Part shown: in pieces, positions 9,249-17,173 of the stretch | How positions within the stretch are numbered: position 1 is the stretch's first letter | How the letters are laid out: each line of letters starts with the position of its first letter | Origin: Escherichia phage saus132 | Length of the DNA: 64,000 nt | Sequence record: NC_047884.1 | Direction: 5' to 3' (one strand) | The notes under the pieces: generated by a model | What the model saw: only the letters and a program-made list of their open reading frames with translations | Told to the model about the DNA's origin: nothing | The model's database searches: none | Made by a program: the position numbers and the translations under genes

Positions 9249-9953
9249 ATGGCTGGTTCTCGTAGAAAGAAACTTATCCATGAAATCCCTGATGAAACCT
9301 TTAAAAAGGTTATTGAACATCTAGAGAATGGTGGTACTAAGAAAGCAGCATGTGAAATGCTCGGCGTTTCTTCTAACCCAACTATGGAACGAATGATCGA
9401 GGAATGGAGAGATCGTCAGGTTCAAGTTGCGGAAATGAAAAAGAAGAAGCGCGGAACACTGATTGAAGGTGTTGAGCTTGCAAACGTAATTGAACAGTAT
9501 CTTTCTGGTGATTCTTTTGAAGAAATCGCTGATCGTAATTATCGTTCTGTAGCGATGATTAAATCTGTTCTAGAACGTTACGGTGCTCTGCTTCGTTTAA
9601 ATGATACTGTTGATCCATTGAATCCTCCATTGATTCCTGATGATGCAATGGCAGAGGAATTTGAAGTTGGTGAACTTGTTTGGGTTCCTGGCTATCAGTG
9701 TATTGGTGAAATCAAGAAAGCAATGACTAACCCAGTTGGTTGCTATCGTGTTTGGTTGTTATCAGAAGGTAAACAACAGAACGTTCACTATATGCACTAC
9801 GAATTAGCTTCTGTTAAACATCTGGAAAAGCTGGGAGTTGATGTTAAAGCTCTTGGCTTTAAATGGAGCCGTGAAGAAGTTATCACGTTGGTTAATGAAG
9901 CTGTTAAAGCTGCACTGAAACTCGATAAAGAGAAAGGAAAACGCCGTGAGTAA
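9249..9953 (+). CDS. Putative DNA-binding protein (N-terminal HTH)
   Basis: GGTKKAACEMLGVSSNPTMERMIEEW helix-turn-helix-like segment; directly downstream of PN25-like promoter. Confidence 0.55.
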   Translation: MAGSRRKKLIHEIPDETFKKVIEHLENGGTKKAACEMLGVSSNPTMERMIEEWRDRQVQVAEMKKKKRGTLIEGVELANVIEQYLSGDSFEEIADRNYRSVAMIKSVLERYGALLRLNDTVDPLNPPLIPDDAMAEEFEVGELVWVPGYQCIGEIKKAMTNPVGCYRVWLLSEGKQQNVHYMHYELASVKHLEKLGVDVKALGFKWSREEVITLVNEAVKAALKLDKEKGKRRE

Positions 9954-10200
9954 ACTAACTGATCTGTTAAAAGCTGGAGACGTAAAATATCTCCAGCGAG
10001 ATAGCTGGGAAAATAATACTTATTCTACCACTATCATCAAAGTAGATGTTGATAATAACAACATTATAGAATTTACTTGGTGGTGGTCTAAAGATGGGCG
10101 CACTAAACCCACGCTAGACGATGCATCGTGGAAAACCACTGAGCTAACTCTAGACGAAGCCCTAGCTGACGATTGGGAGATCGTTGAACTAGATGTGTAG
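9946..10200 (+). CDS. Hypothetical protein
   Basis: ORF overlapping upstream stop. Confidence 0.5.
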   Translation: MSKLTDLLKAGDVKYLQRDSWENNTYSTTIIKVDVDNNNIIEFTWWWSKDGRTKPTLDDASWKTTELTLDEALADDWEIVELDV

Positions 10201-10220
10201 CAGTTACTGAAAAATTTCAG

Positions 10221-10249
10221 TTGCTCAATCCTATAATTCTTGATATAAT
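10221..10249 (+). promoter_or_regulatory. Early promoter
   Basis: TTGCTC, 17 bp spacer, TGaTATAAT. Confidence 0.45.
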
Positions 10250-10307
10250 ATTCTCATAGTTTGAAAGAACTATTCTGTTTAATTCTTAATTAAGGAAATT
10301 CAAAAAT

Positions 10308-10718
10308 ATGACTACTCCAACTCAGTGGACTGATGAACTGTTCGAAAAAATGTCTTCCGATTACGTTGCTCGTATGGAGCAATTCCCAGAAGATGAGCGT
10401 CCGGGCGTTAGCATGGAAATTGTTAGCGAAATTGCTCAGGAAAATGGTGTAACTCCGAACGGTTTCCGTATGAAGCTGACCAAAGCAGGTCTGTATATCA
10501 AGAAAGCTGCTGGCTCTACTTCTAAATCAAGCGCATCTACTGGAGAAAAAGCTTCTGGTGGTTCTCGTACTTCCAAAGCTCAGGCTCACTCCGATCTTCG
10601 CTCTGCATTCTCTGATGCTGGCTTAGCACCGGACTTCCTGGACGACGCAATCATCGACAAGCTGACTGGTAAAGCAGCTGCTCATCTGGCAGAAGCTATC
10701 AGAGCTATCACTAAGTAA
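10308..10718 (+). CDS. Hypothetical abundant early protein
   Basis: Codon usage of highly expressed host genes (ctg, cgt, gct, tct), distinct from AT-rich neighbours. Confidence 0.6.
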   Translation: MTTPTQWTDELFEKMSSDYVARMEQFPEDERPGVSMEIVSEIAQENGVTPNGFRMKLTKAGLYIKKAAGSTSKSSASTGEKASGGSRTSKAQAHSDLRSAFSDAGLAPDFLDDAIIDKLTGKAAAHLAEAIRAITK

Positions 10719-10754
10719 TTCTTAGATAAATCCACCAACACAAGGAATACAGTT

Positions 10755-11051
10755 ATGAATAAAGCTGAAATTATTGCTCAATGCGAAAAATTTGGTGAGT
10801 TTTATCTTCATTACGAAAAACTTCGTCAGAAAGGAACCACGTATCTTCAGGGTACGATGGAATTTGATCCAGCTCAGGATAAATACCTGGCTGAGCGTAT
10901 TAAACGTGAGCGCATCCGTAAGCCGAAAGAGGATGAAATCCTCGTTTTCTCTCGTACTAACGATAGCTTCCGTTTCATTCCTGTTGCGAAAGTTCGCCGT
11001 GTGACGAGCCTCCAGTCAGAGTTAGATCGTGCTTCTCCAGTAGGCCGATAA
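10755..11051 (+). CDS. Hypothetical protein
   Basis: ORF with RBS AAGGAA; followed by terminator. Confidence 0.55.
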   Translation: MNKAEIIAQCEKFGEFYLHYEKLRQKGTTYLQGTMEFDPAQDKYLAERIKRERIRKPKEDEILVFSRTNDSFRFIPVAKVRRVTSLQSELDRASPVGR

Positions 11052-11061
11052 GAAACCAATT

Positions 11062-11083
11062 AGCCCCTATATGGGGCTTTTTG
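11062..11083 (+). terminator. Rho-independent terminator
   Basis: AGCCCC-tatat-GGGGCT followed by TTTTT. Confidence 0.6.
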
Positions 11084-11101
11084 TGTATTTGGGATATGTA
11101 A

Positions 11102-11410
11102 ATGAGCGATCAGGTAAATCAAAACTATGAAGGACACGTTGACGACCAGTCCATCATGCTTTGGGAGAAGGAGGGGGAACAAGTAAGACTAACCGTATCT
11201 GAATTTCGTGGGAATCTATACATGGGAATTCGTTACTGGCTCCAAGATATTACTGGAGAGTGGTTTCCAACGAAATCCGGCTTCTCTTTTCCTTATACCC
11301 TAGAAACTACATCACAGCTATTCTACGCTTTTACGCAAATCCTCAGTGAATCCGAGGTCTTGCATGAAGTACAGAAACGAGCTGAAGAACTCAAAGCCAA
11401 GAATGCCTAG
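11102..11410 (+). CDS. PC4-like single-stranded DNA-binding protein
   Basis: VRLTVSEFRGNLYMGIRYWLQD...PTKSGFSF resembles the PC4/Sub1 ssDNA-binding fold signature. Confidence 0.6.
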   Translation: MSDQVNQNYEGHVDDQSIMLWEKEGEQVRLTVSEFRGNLYMGIRYWLQDITGEWFPTKSGFSFPYTLETTSQLFYAFTQILSESEVLHEVQKRAEELKAKNA

Positions 11411-11423
11411 TTCTTGGCTTTTT
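11395..11423 (+). terminator. Rho-independent terminator
   Basis: GCCAAGAA-tgcctag-TTCTTGGC followed by TTTTT. Confidence 0.55.
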
Positions 11424-11438
11424 CTTTATAAATGTACT

Positions 11439-11466
11439 TGCTTTCATCCCTATTTTCTTATATAAT
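11439..11466 (+). promoter_or_regulatory. Early promoter
   Basis: TTGCTT, 16 bp spacer, TATAAT, then TAGTTATATAAATTAATGAGAGGGG block. Confidence 0.5.
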
Positions 11467-11495
11467 AGTTATATAAATTAATGAGAGGGGTGAAT

Positions 11496-11768
11496 ATGAA
11501 AAAGATAAAAATAAGTCCACTTAAACCTTTACCGTACATAGGACAGTCTTTAGTTCTTTCCTGGGAAGAAAAGCTCAATGGAGAGAAGGTACGTATGGTT
11601 CGACAGGGGTATAAACTTATATCTCTCGCTTACGAAGCAAACACATTAGTTGCTGATATTTACTCTCCAATAACTCAAAGAGTGGGAAGTACTACCTATC
11701 TTTGCTTATGTAAGAACTTTACATGGCAGGGGGATACTATTCAGCCTAAAGCATATGAGGTACAGTAA
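11496..11768 (+). CDS. Hypothetical protein
   Basis: ATG 11496 behind RBS GAGAGGGG (track start 11481). Confidence 0.5.
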   Translation: MKKIKISPLKPLPYIGQSLVLSWEEKLNGEKVRMVRQGYKLISLAYEANTLVADIYSPITQRVGSTTYLCLCKNFTWQGDTIQPKAYEVQ

Positions 11769-11963
11769 ATGGCAATAACACTTCCAAAGATTCAAGCAAA
11801 ACTTAATTTGCTCTCCATAGCAAGAATCAATTACCAGGATAGTATCGGCACTCCAAACCAGAAAGCGTACAAAGATGCGTGGTTGAAAGAAGCTGCTGAT
11901 TTAGCTGGTATGGCTGCGCAGTATAGTAAAGAACTCAAAATGGAAATCGCAGATGATGAATAA
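11769..11963 (+). CDS. Hypothetical small protein
   Basis: ORF abutting upstream stop. Confidence 0.45.
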   Translation: MAITLPKIQAKLNLLSIARINYQDSIGTPNQKAYKDAWLKEAADLAGMAAQYSKELKMEIADDE

Positions 11964-12927
11964 TGTAAAAGACTTTATTAAACGTTGTCAAGAAGCGTAC
12001 TACCAGGGAATGAGTCTTATTTCCGATGAAGAATATGATCGTCTGATTAAAAGATTCCCACTAGAGGAAGAAATCGGACCGAAAGGTGATATCCCTCATT
12101 TGTATCGTATGTATTCTTTGCAGAAAGTCTATTACGATCGTGGTGATAAAGCTCCATTCAACCCACTTGGTCAGGTTGAAACTGATAAGTTAGATGGTTG
12201 TGCGATTTCTCTATTATATATTAATGGTGAATTTATTCAAGCGTTAACTCGTGGTAACGGTATTCTAGGGAATGATGTAACGCATAATGTTAAAATGCTG
12301 AACATCCCTAAAACTATCTCCCAAAAAGTTCCAACTCAAATCACTGGTGAAGTTCTCATCACTAAAGAAGTAGAGAACAAACGTAACTATGCTTCCGGTG
12401 CTATTAACTTGAAAGATAGTGATGATTTCATGCAACGTATTGGTGAAGGTGGTTTAATCTTCGTTGCATATGGTATCCAGTGTTCAGCGGAAACAGTCGG
12501 TATTACAGAAGCCTATTTAAAAGATATGCTTTGGCTAGAGAATGAGAACTTCTTGACAGTTGTTAATGTTCGTTCCTTCTTTAAGTGGATTCCGACGGAT
12601 GGTAAAGTTGTTCGTATTAATGATAACAACAAATTCTTCCGTGAAGGTTGGACTAATAAATTTCCTCGCGGTGCATTTGCTATTAAAGAGGATGAAGAAG
12701 GCGAAATTACCACACTTGTTAAAGTTGAATGGCAAGTAGGGGCTTCTGGTAAAGTAACTCCAGTTGGTTATTTCGAACCGGTGATTATTGATGATGCCAC
12801 AATCGTTAAAGCAACTCTTAATAACGTTGATTATATTAACGCTCTCGATTTAGAGATCGGTTGCCAGATTCGAGTGATTCGTGCTGGTGGTGTAATCCCT
12901 TGTATAGTAGAGCGAGTATACGACTAA
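11953..12927 (+). CDS. NAD-dependent DNA ligase, N-terminal (adenylation) part of a split gene
   Basis: Adenylation motif KLDGCAISLLY (KxDG) in LigA-like context. Confidence 0.85.
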   Translation: MMNNVKDFIKRCQEAYYQGMSLISDEEYDRLIKRFPLEEEIGPKGDIPHLYRMYSLQKVYYDRGDKAPFNPLGQVETDKLDGCAISLLYINGEFIQALTRGNGILGNDVTHNVKMLNIPKTISQKVPTQITGEVLITKEVENKRNYASGAINLKDSDDFMQRIGEGGLIFVAYGIQCSAETVGITEAYLKDMLWLENENFLTVVNVRSFFKWIPTDGKVVRINDNNKFFREGWTNKFPRGAFAIKEDEEGEITTLVKVEWQVGASGKVTPVGYFEPVIIDDATIVKATLNNVDYINALDLEIGCQIRVIRAGGVIPCIVERVYD

Positions 12928-12977
12928 TTCGTAACCCTTTGCTACCCGTTTACCATGTCGGAATTATAAAGTGGTTA

Positions 12978-13006
12978 TTGACATTTTCGCCGCTTAGGTA
13001 TATACT
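12978..13006 (+). promoter_or_regulatory. Near-consensus sigma70 promoter between the two ligase ORFs
   Basis: TTGACA, 17 bp spacer, TATACT. Confidence 0.55.
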
Positions 13007-13070
13007 ATTATCATTCAGTTGAGGGATAGAAAGTTATGGCGAGGGTAAGCAAAGTTAGTTAAAATTGTAG

Positions 13071-13099
13071 TTGCTAAATGCTTAAATACTTGCTATAAT
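13071..13099 (+). promoter_or_regulatory. Early promoter before ligase C-terminal ORF
   Basis: TTGCTA, 17 bp spacer, TGcTATAAT, then ATTTATATAAATTGATAAGGAAG. Confidence 0.5.
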
Positions 13100-13129
13100 A
13101 TTTATATAAATTGATAAGGAAGAAATTTG

Positions 13130-13909
13130 ATGAAAATCGAAATTCCAACACAATGTCCCTCTTGTGGTTCTAAGCTAGATCTTGTCAACGGGCAATTATT
13201 CTGTAGGAATAAGTCCAACTGTCCAGCACAATCAAGTAAGTTAATCGAGAACTTCTGCACAAAAATGAAGTTAAAGGGCTTTGGCCCGAAAACTATTGAG
13301 AAGCTGGAACTGACTAAGATCTCAGAACTGTTTTACCTGACCGAAGAAGATTTGGTCGGAGCTGTGGGTAGCAAGGTTGCCGCTAAGTTGATTAGCGAGT
13401 TAAATACTAAGGTTCGCGGAGACATTGACTTTGGTTCGGTTCTCGGTTCTTTAGGAATTCCTCTTATTGGAGAGGTTGCAGCAAAGAAACTGTCCCAAAA
13501 TTGCACTAGCTTCCACGATGTGAAGGCTGACGGCAAGGCTGGAGAAAATTACAAAACCTGGCTAAATTCCCCACAAGGCAAGGATGTTATTGAATTACCA
13601 TGGAAATTCTCAACTGGTATTCGAGGTACTAAAGCTGATATCATCATTACGGATGATTTAGTTGCCCAGCCAAATGGAATCACGATCTGTATTACCGGAT
13701 CTTTGCAAGATTTTGCAAATCGAACGGATGCAACAAACTATTTAGAAAGTCTAGGATATACGGTTAAGAAATCCGTTACCAAAGACGTCAAATACCTAAT
13801 CTGTGAGGATGAATCAAAACGTTCTTCCTCATCTTATAAGAAAGCCGAAACGAATGGGATAGAAATCCTGTCGATTAAAGAACTATTGGAGAAAAATAAT
13901 AATGTCTAA
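13130..13909 (+). CDS. NAD-dependent DNA ligase, C-terminal part (zinc finger, HhH, BRCT-like)
   Basis: CPSCGSKL...CRNKSNCPAQ Cys4 zinc finger; GIPLIGEVAAKKL HhH-like; C-terminal BRCT-like region. Confidence 0.85.
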   Translation: MKIEIPTQCPSCGSKLDLVNGQLFCRNKSNCPAQSSKLIENFCTKMKLKGFGPKTIEKLELTKISELFYLTEEDLVGAVGSKVAAKLISELNTKVRGDIDFGSVLGSLGIPLIGEVAAKKLSQNCTSFHDVKADGKAGENYKTWLNSPQGKDVIELPWKFSTGIRGTKADIIITDDLVAQPNGITICITGSLQDFANRTDATNYLESLGYTVKKSVTKDVKYLICEDESKRSSSSYKKAETNGIEILSIKELLEKNNNV

Positions 13910-14669
13910 ACTGAACTGGAACGTAGAAGGTGTAACCGAGTCTCTGAAAGCAAAAGCCACTGCTCTGGGTGTTGCTGTAATCTCTCAAGAACAAGTAGCT
14001 GCTATCGCTGCTGAACTGGCTACCGAGACTGGTAAAGACGTTACCGCTCGCTCTGTTGGCTCTAAGCTGCGTAAAGAAGGTTTCGAAGTACAGAAAGCTA
14101 ACGAAGTACAGAAATCCCCGTGGACTCCTGAGCAGGAAGCTGAACTAGTTGATTTCCTGAACGCTCATGCTGGTCAGTATACTTACGCTGAAATCGCTGC
14201 TGCTGTAGCTGGTGGTCAGTTCGGTGCTAAGCAGGTACAGGGTAAGATCCTGAGTCTGGAAATGACTGCTTCTGTTAAGCCAACTGAAAAAGCTGCTGCT
14301 GTTCGTTCCTTCACTCCTGACGAAGAAACTGATTTCGTTAATCAGGTTGTTGCTGGTGCTACTATTGAAGCTATCGCTGCTCACTTCGGTCGTAATATTA
14401 AGCAGATCCGTGGTAAAGCTCTGAGCCTGCTTCGTGAAGGTCGTATCGCTGCTATGCCGGTACAGGAAACATCAAGTGCTAAGACTCGTGAAGATCTGTT
14501 AGAAGGTCTGGATCTGGCTTCCATGACTGTTGCAGAAGTTGCTGAGAAAACTGGTAAGTCTGAGCGCGGTGTTAAATCTATGCTGTCTCGTCGTGGTCTG
14601 GTTGCTAAGGACTATGATGGTGCTGCTAAGCGTGCTAAACTGGATGCAAAAGCTGCGGCTGCTGAATAA
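13902..14669 (+). CDS. Alanine-rich protein with three HTH-like repeats; likely abundant DNA-binding protein
   Basis: Three repeats of the pattern aEIAAxxG...KQIxGKxLSL; high-expression codon usage. Confidence 0.55.
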   Translation: MSKLNWNVEGVTESLKAKATALGVAVISQEQVAAIAAELATETGKDVTARSVGSKLRKEGFEVQKANEVQKSPWTPEQEAELVDFLNAHAGQYTYAEIAAAVAGGQFGAKQVQGKILSLEMTASVKPTEKAAAVRSFTPDEETDFVNQVVAGATIEAIAAHFGRNIKQIRGKALSLLREGRIAAMPVQETSSAKTREDLLEGLDLASMTVAEVAEKTGKSERGVKSMLSRRGLVAKDYDGAAKRAKLDAKAAAAE

Positions 14670-14684
14670 TCTGGTAAATTAAAC

Positions 14685-14720
14685 CTAAGGGGAGGGGGCT
14701 ATGCTCCTTCCCCTTTTTGC
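14685..14720 (+). terminator. Rho-independent terminator
   Basis: AAGGGGAGGGGG-cta-tgCTCCTTCCCCTT followed by TTTTT. Confidence 0.6.
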
Positions 14721-14751
14721 ATTTAGAAGGCACGAAAGCGTGCAAAGGAGA

Positions 14752-16224
14752 ATGACCTTGTTTAACGTGCAAGCTGTAGTGTTGAAGATGCTTCTCGCTT
14801 CTGAACAGAAGCAAATAGCATTGGAAACATTCTCAAAACTGCATAAAGATCATTTTAATGACGCTTTCTCCTCAATTTACCAAGCCGTCCAGAATTATTA
14901 TAAGAAATATAACGCAATGCCGTCCATTGACGCACTGATGCTTGAGGCCAATAGGAACGCCCGCCTTTCTCAAGCTCTTGTCGTCTTAGCTAACACTCAA
15001 ATTCCAGAAGTGAGCATGGAACAGGCACTTGAAGTCCTAGAAGCTGAATATACACAGGATCTATTCCTGAAACTTCTAGAAACAGACGTGCTTCAAGATT
15101 TAACAATGCTGGATCAGGGAGAAATTCTCAATCGAGTTGCCTCCCTTCACTTAAAATTAGAAGAGAAAGTAACGAATACTGGAAAGGTATTCAACGCAGA
15201 CACAATGCGTATTTTCCAGAGAGAAGAAGATACCAAACTGAACTTGATCGCTCTTGGTATTTGTAATGAGTTCGACGCTCAAATTGGTTTAGCTCGCACA
15301 GAAACGTTACTGCTTGGTGGTTGGCGTGGTACTGGTAAATCCATTATCTGTTCAAACATACAGGTTCAGCAATATTTGAATGGAGACATTGCTCCATATT
15401 TCTCAATTGAGATGAAAGAGCACGAAGTGTTTAGACGTAATCTGGCTATGTTAGCTGGAGTATCTGCATTAGCAATGCGTAATAACACTCTTGAAGGTGC
15501 TGCTCTGTTGAGATTAGCCAGAACTAGGGCTAGAATGTTTAATGGTGGTGAAGAGCTTTTCGATAGTTTCGTTAAGCAATACACTATGGCTAAAATGAGT
15601 GACTTCTATGATATGGAAAGTAAACTCCTTGAAGGCTATGAGCTTCACACTCCTATGATCATCGTTTACGATCCTGAACTGTCTATTACGACGGTTGACG
15701 TAGAATTAAATAAACTAGTTGCTAAGTATGGTGATAAGGTTACTGTAGCTCTTCTAGACTATATTAACCAAACAAGACTTCCAGATTCAAAGACCATTGA
15801 CATGTATGACTGGAAAGAACAGATGGTTGTTAGTTCGTCTTTCAAATCTATCTGCCAGAAACATAACGTGGCTGGTGTTGCTCCTTACCAGATTGACCAA
15901 GATGGTAGAACGCGTATGTCTAAAGGGATTCTTGATTCCGCAGATATGGCTGCTAATCTTAATGCTGCAAAAGCTGATAATGGTCAAGGTGCTATTATGT
16001 TTGACTTCGTTAAGACTCGTTCCTCTGATAGTGTGAAGTTTATGCCTAAGATGAACTGGGAAACTCTGCGAATGGATAACACTACCAACCTAGCAATGGA
16101 AGATATTGCGCAAATGGAAGCTGAGTTCGTTATTCCTATTGAAAAGGATAAACCAGCTCAACCTAAACGTGCTAAGAAAGACAAAGCTGAAAATTCAACA
16201 GGTGAACAGGCCAGCGATATATGA
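14752..16224 (+). CDS. DnaB-like replicative helicase (RecA-fold ATPase)
   Basis: Walker A GGWRGTGKS; track start 14701 lies inside the upstream terminator hairpin so start moved to ATG 14752 (or TTG 14758). Confidence 0.7.
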   Translation: MTLFNVQAVVLKMLLASEQKQIALETFSKLHKDHFNDAFSSIYQAVQNYYKKYNAMPSIDALMLEANRNARLSQALVVLANTQIPEVSMEQALEVLEAEYTQDLFLKLLETDVLQDLTMLDQGEILNRVASLHLKLEEKVTNTGKVFNADTMRIFQREEDTKLNLIALGICNEFDAQIGLARTETLLLGGWRGTGKSIICSNIQVQQYLNGDIAPYFSIEMKEHEVFRRNLAMLAGVSALAMRNNTLEGAALLRLARTRARMFNGGEELFDSFVKQYTMAKMSDFYDMESKLLEGYELHTPMIIVYDPELSITTVDVELNKLVAKYGDKVTVALLDYINQTRLPDSKTIDMYDWKEQMVVSSSFKSICQKHNVAGVAPYQIDQDGRTRMSKGILDSADMAANLNAAKADNGQGAIMFDFVKTRSSDSVKFMPKMNWETLRMDNTTNLAMEDIAQMEAEFVIPIEKDKPAQPKRAKKDKAENSTGEQASDI

Positions 16225-17111
16225 GTAGAATAACAGAACTACTTGATCTGAAAGGCATTGAATACAAAGACACAGGTGGGGACATCCTCATCTGTTGTCT
16301 CAATCCAGATCATGATGATAAACACCCAAGCTTGCGTATTGATCCTGAATCAGGTATTATGCATTGCTTGAGCTGTGGCTTCGGTAGAGGAATACCGAGC
16401 ATTTACCATTATTTTAATGAGACTCAGTACAGACAGTCCCCAAGATTGTCACAAGTACATAAAAAGATTTCAGAGATTAGGAATGGATCTACGAATCTTG
16501 CAATTCCTGAATCTGCTTACCTTTTCGAAGGTGATTTCCGAGGTATCAGTTCTAAGACCTTGAAGAAATATTTTGCTTTCCAACATCAAGCAGACTGGGA
16601 AGGCAGAATTGTATTCCCAATAACAGATGCTGTTGGACGCAATATCCTATTCCTGGGACGTTCTATAAACAGTTCTGCCCCTCCTAAATACTTAGTAAAA
16701 CCAAAACAAGTTTCACCACCGATTTTCCCTGTACGATATAATACACCAGTTCTTGTTCTAGTTGAAGGTATCTTTGATATGTTAAATCTAGAAGACAATG
16801 GTGTAGATTATGCTTCTTGCTGCTTTGGTACACATCAGTTTACATCTGATAACATTGCGGATAAGTTTAGTCCTTACATTATTGCTGGAGTAAGAGTAGT
16901 TGTTATCTTGCTAGATAATGATGCCTCTGGTAATAAAGCTGCCCAAGCACTAGCGAAGCTAATTCGTACAAAAACACGTTTAACACCTGTAGTTGGTAAC
17001 TTCCTTCTTCCAGAAGGCAAAGACCCAGGTGACTTAAATAAAGAAGAGATCGATATGTTGGCTCAACGTATTGAAATTTTAGTTGCCGAATCGCTCAAAG
17101 ATTTGGTATAA
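16221..17111 (+). CDS. DNA primase (zinc finger plus TOPRIM)
   Basis: CCLNPDH...HCLSCG zinc-binding segment; TOPRIM-like VLVEGIFD and ILLDNDASG. Confidence 0.8.
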   Translation: MSRITELLDLKGIEYKDTGGDILICCLNPDHDDKHPSLRIDPESGIMHCLSCGFGRGIPSIYHYFNETQYRQSPRLSQVHKKISEIRNGSTNLAIPESAYLFEGDFRGISSKTLKKYFAFQHQADWEGRIVFPITDAVGRNILFLGRSINSSAPPKYLVKPKQVSPPIFPVRYNTPVLVLVEGIFDMLNLEDNGVDYASCCFGTHQFTSDNIADKFSPYIIAGVRVVVILLDNDASGNKAAQALAKLIRTKTRLTPVVGNFLLPEGKDPGDLNKEEIDMLAQRIEILVAESLKDLV

Positions 17112-17112
17112 T
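17083..17112 (+). promoter_or_regulatory. Promoter upstream of DNA polymerase, -10 overlapping primase stop
   Basis: TTGCCG, 18 bp spacer, TATAAT (contains the primase TAA). Confidence 0.45.
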
Positions 17113-17173
17113 ATATTGGTAAGTTAGAGAAGAAACACTGAAGTTATACTTACTTACCAAAAGGAGACTAAAT

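Noticed and set aside
14701-14751. Helicase start at ATG 14701 as given by the ORF track
   Set aside because: That ATG lies in the loop of the upstream terminator hairpin; an RBS-supported start is 50 to 57 nt downstream.
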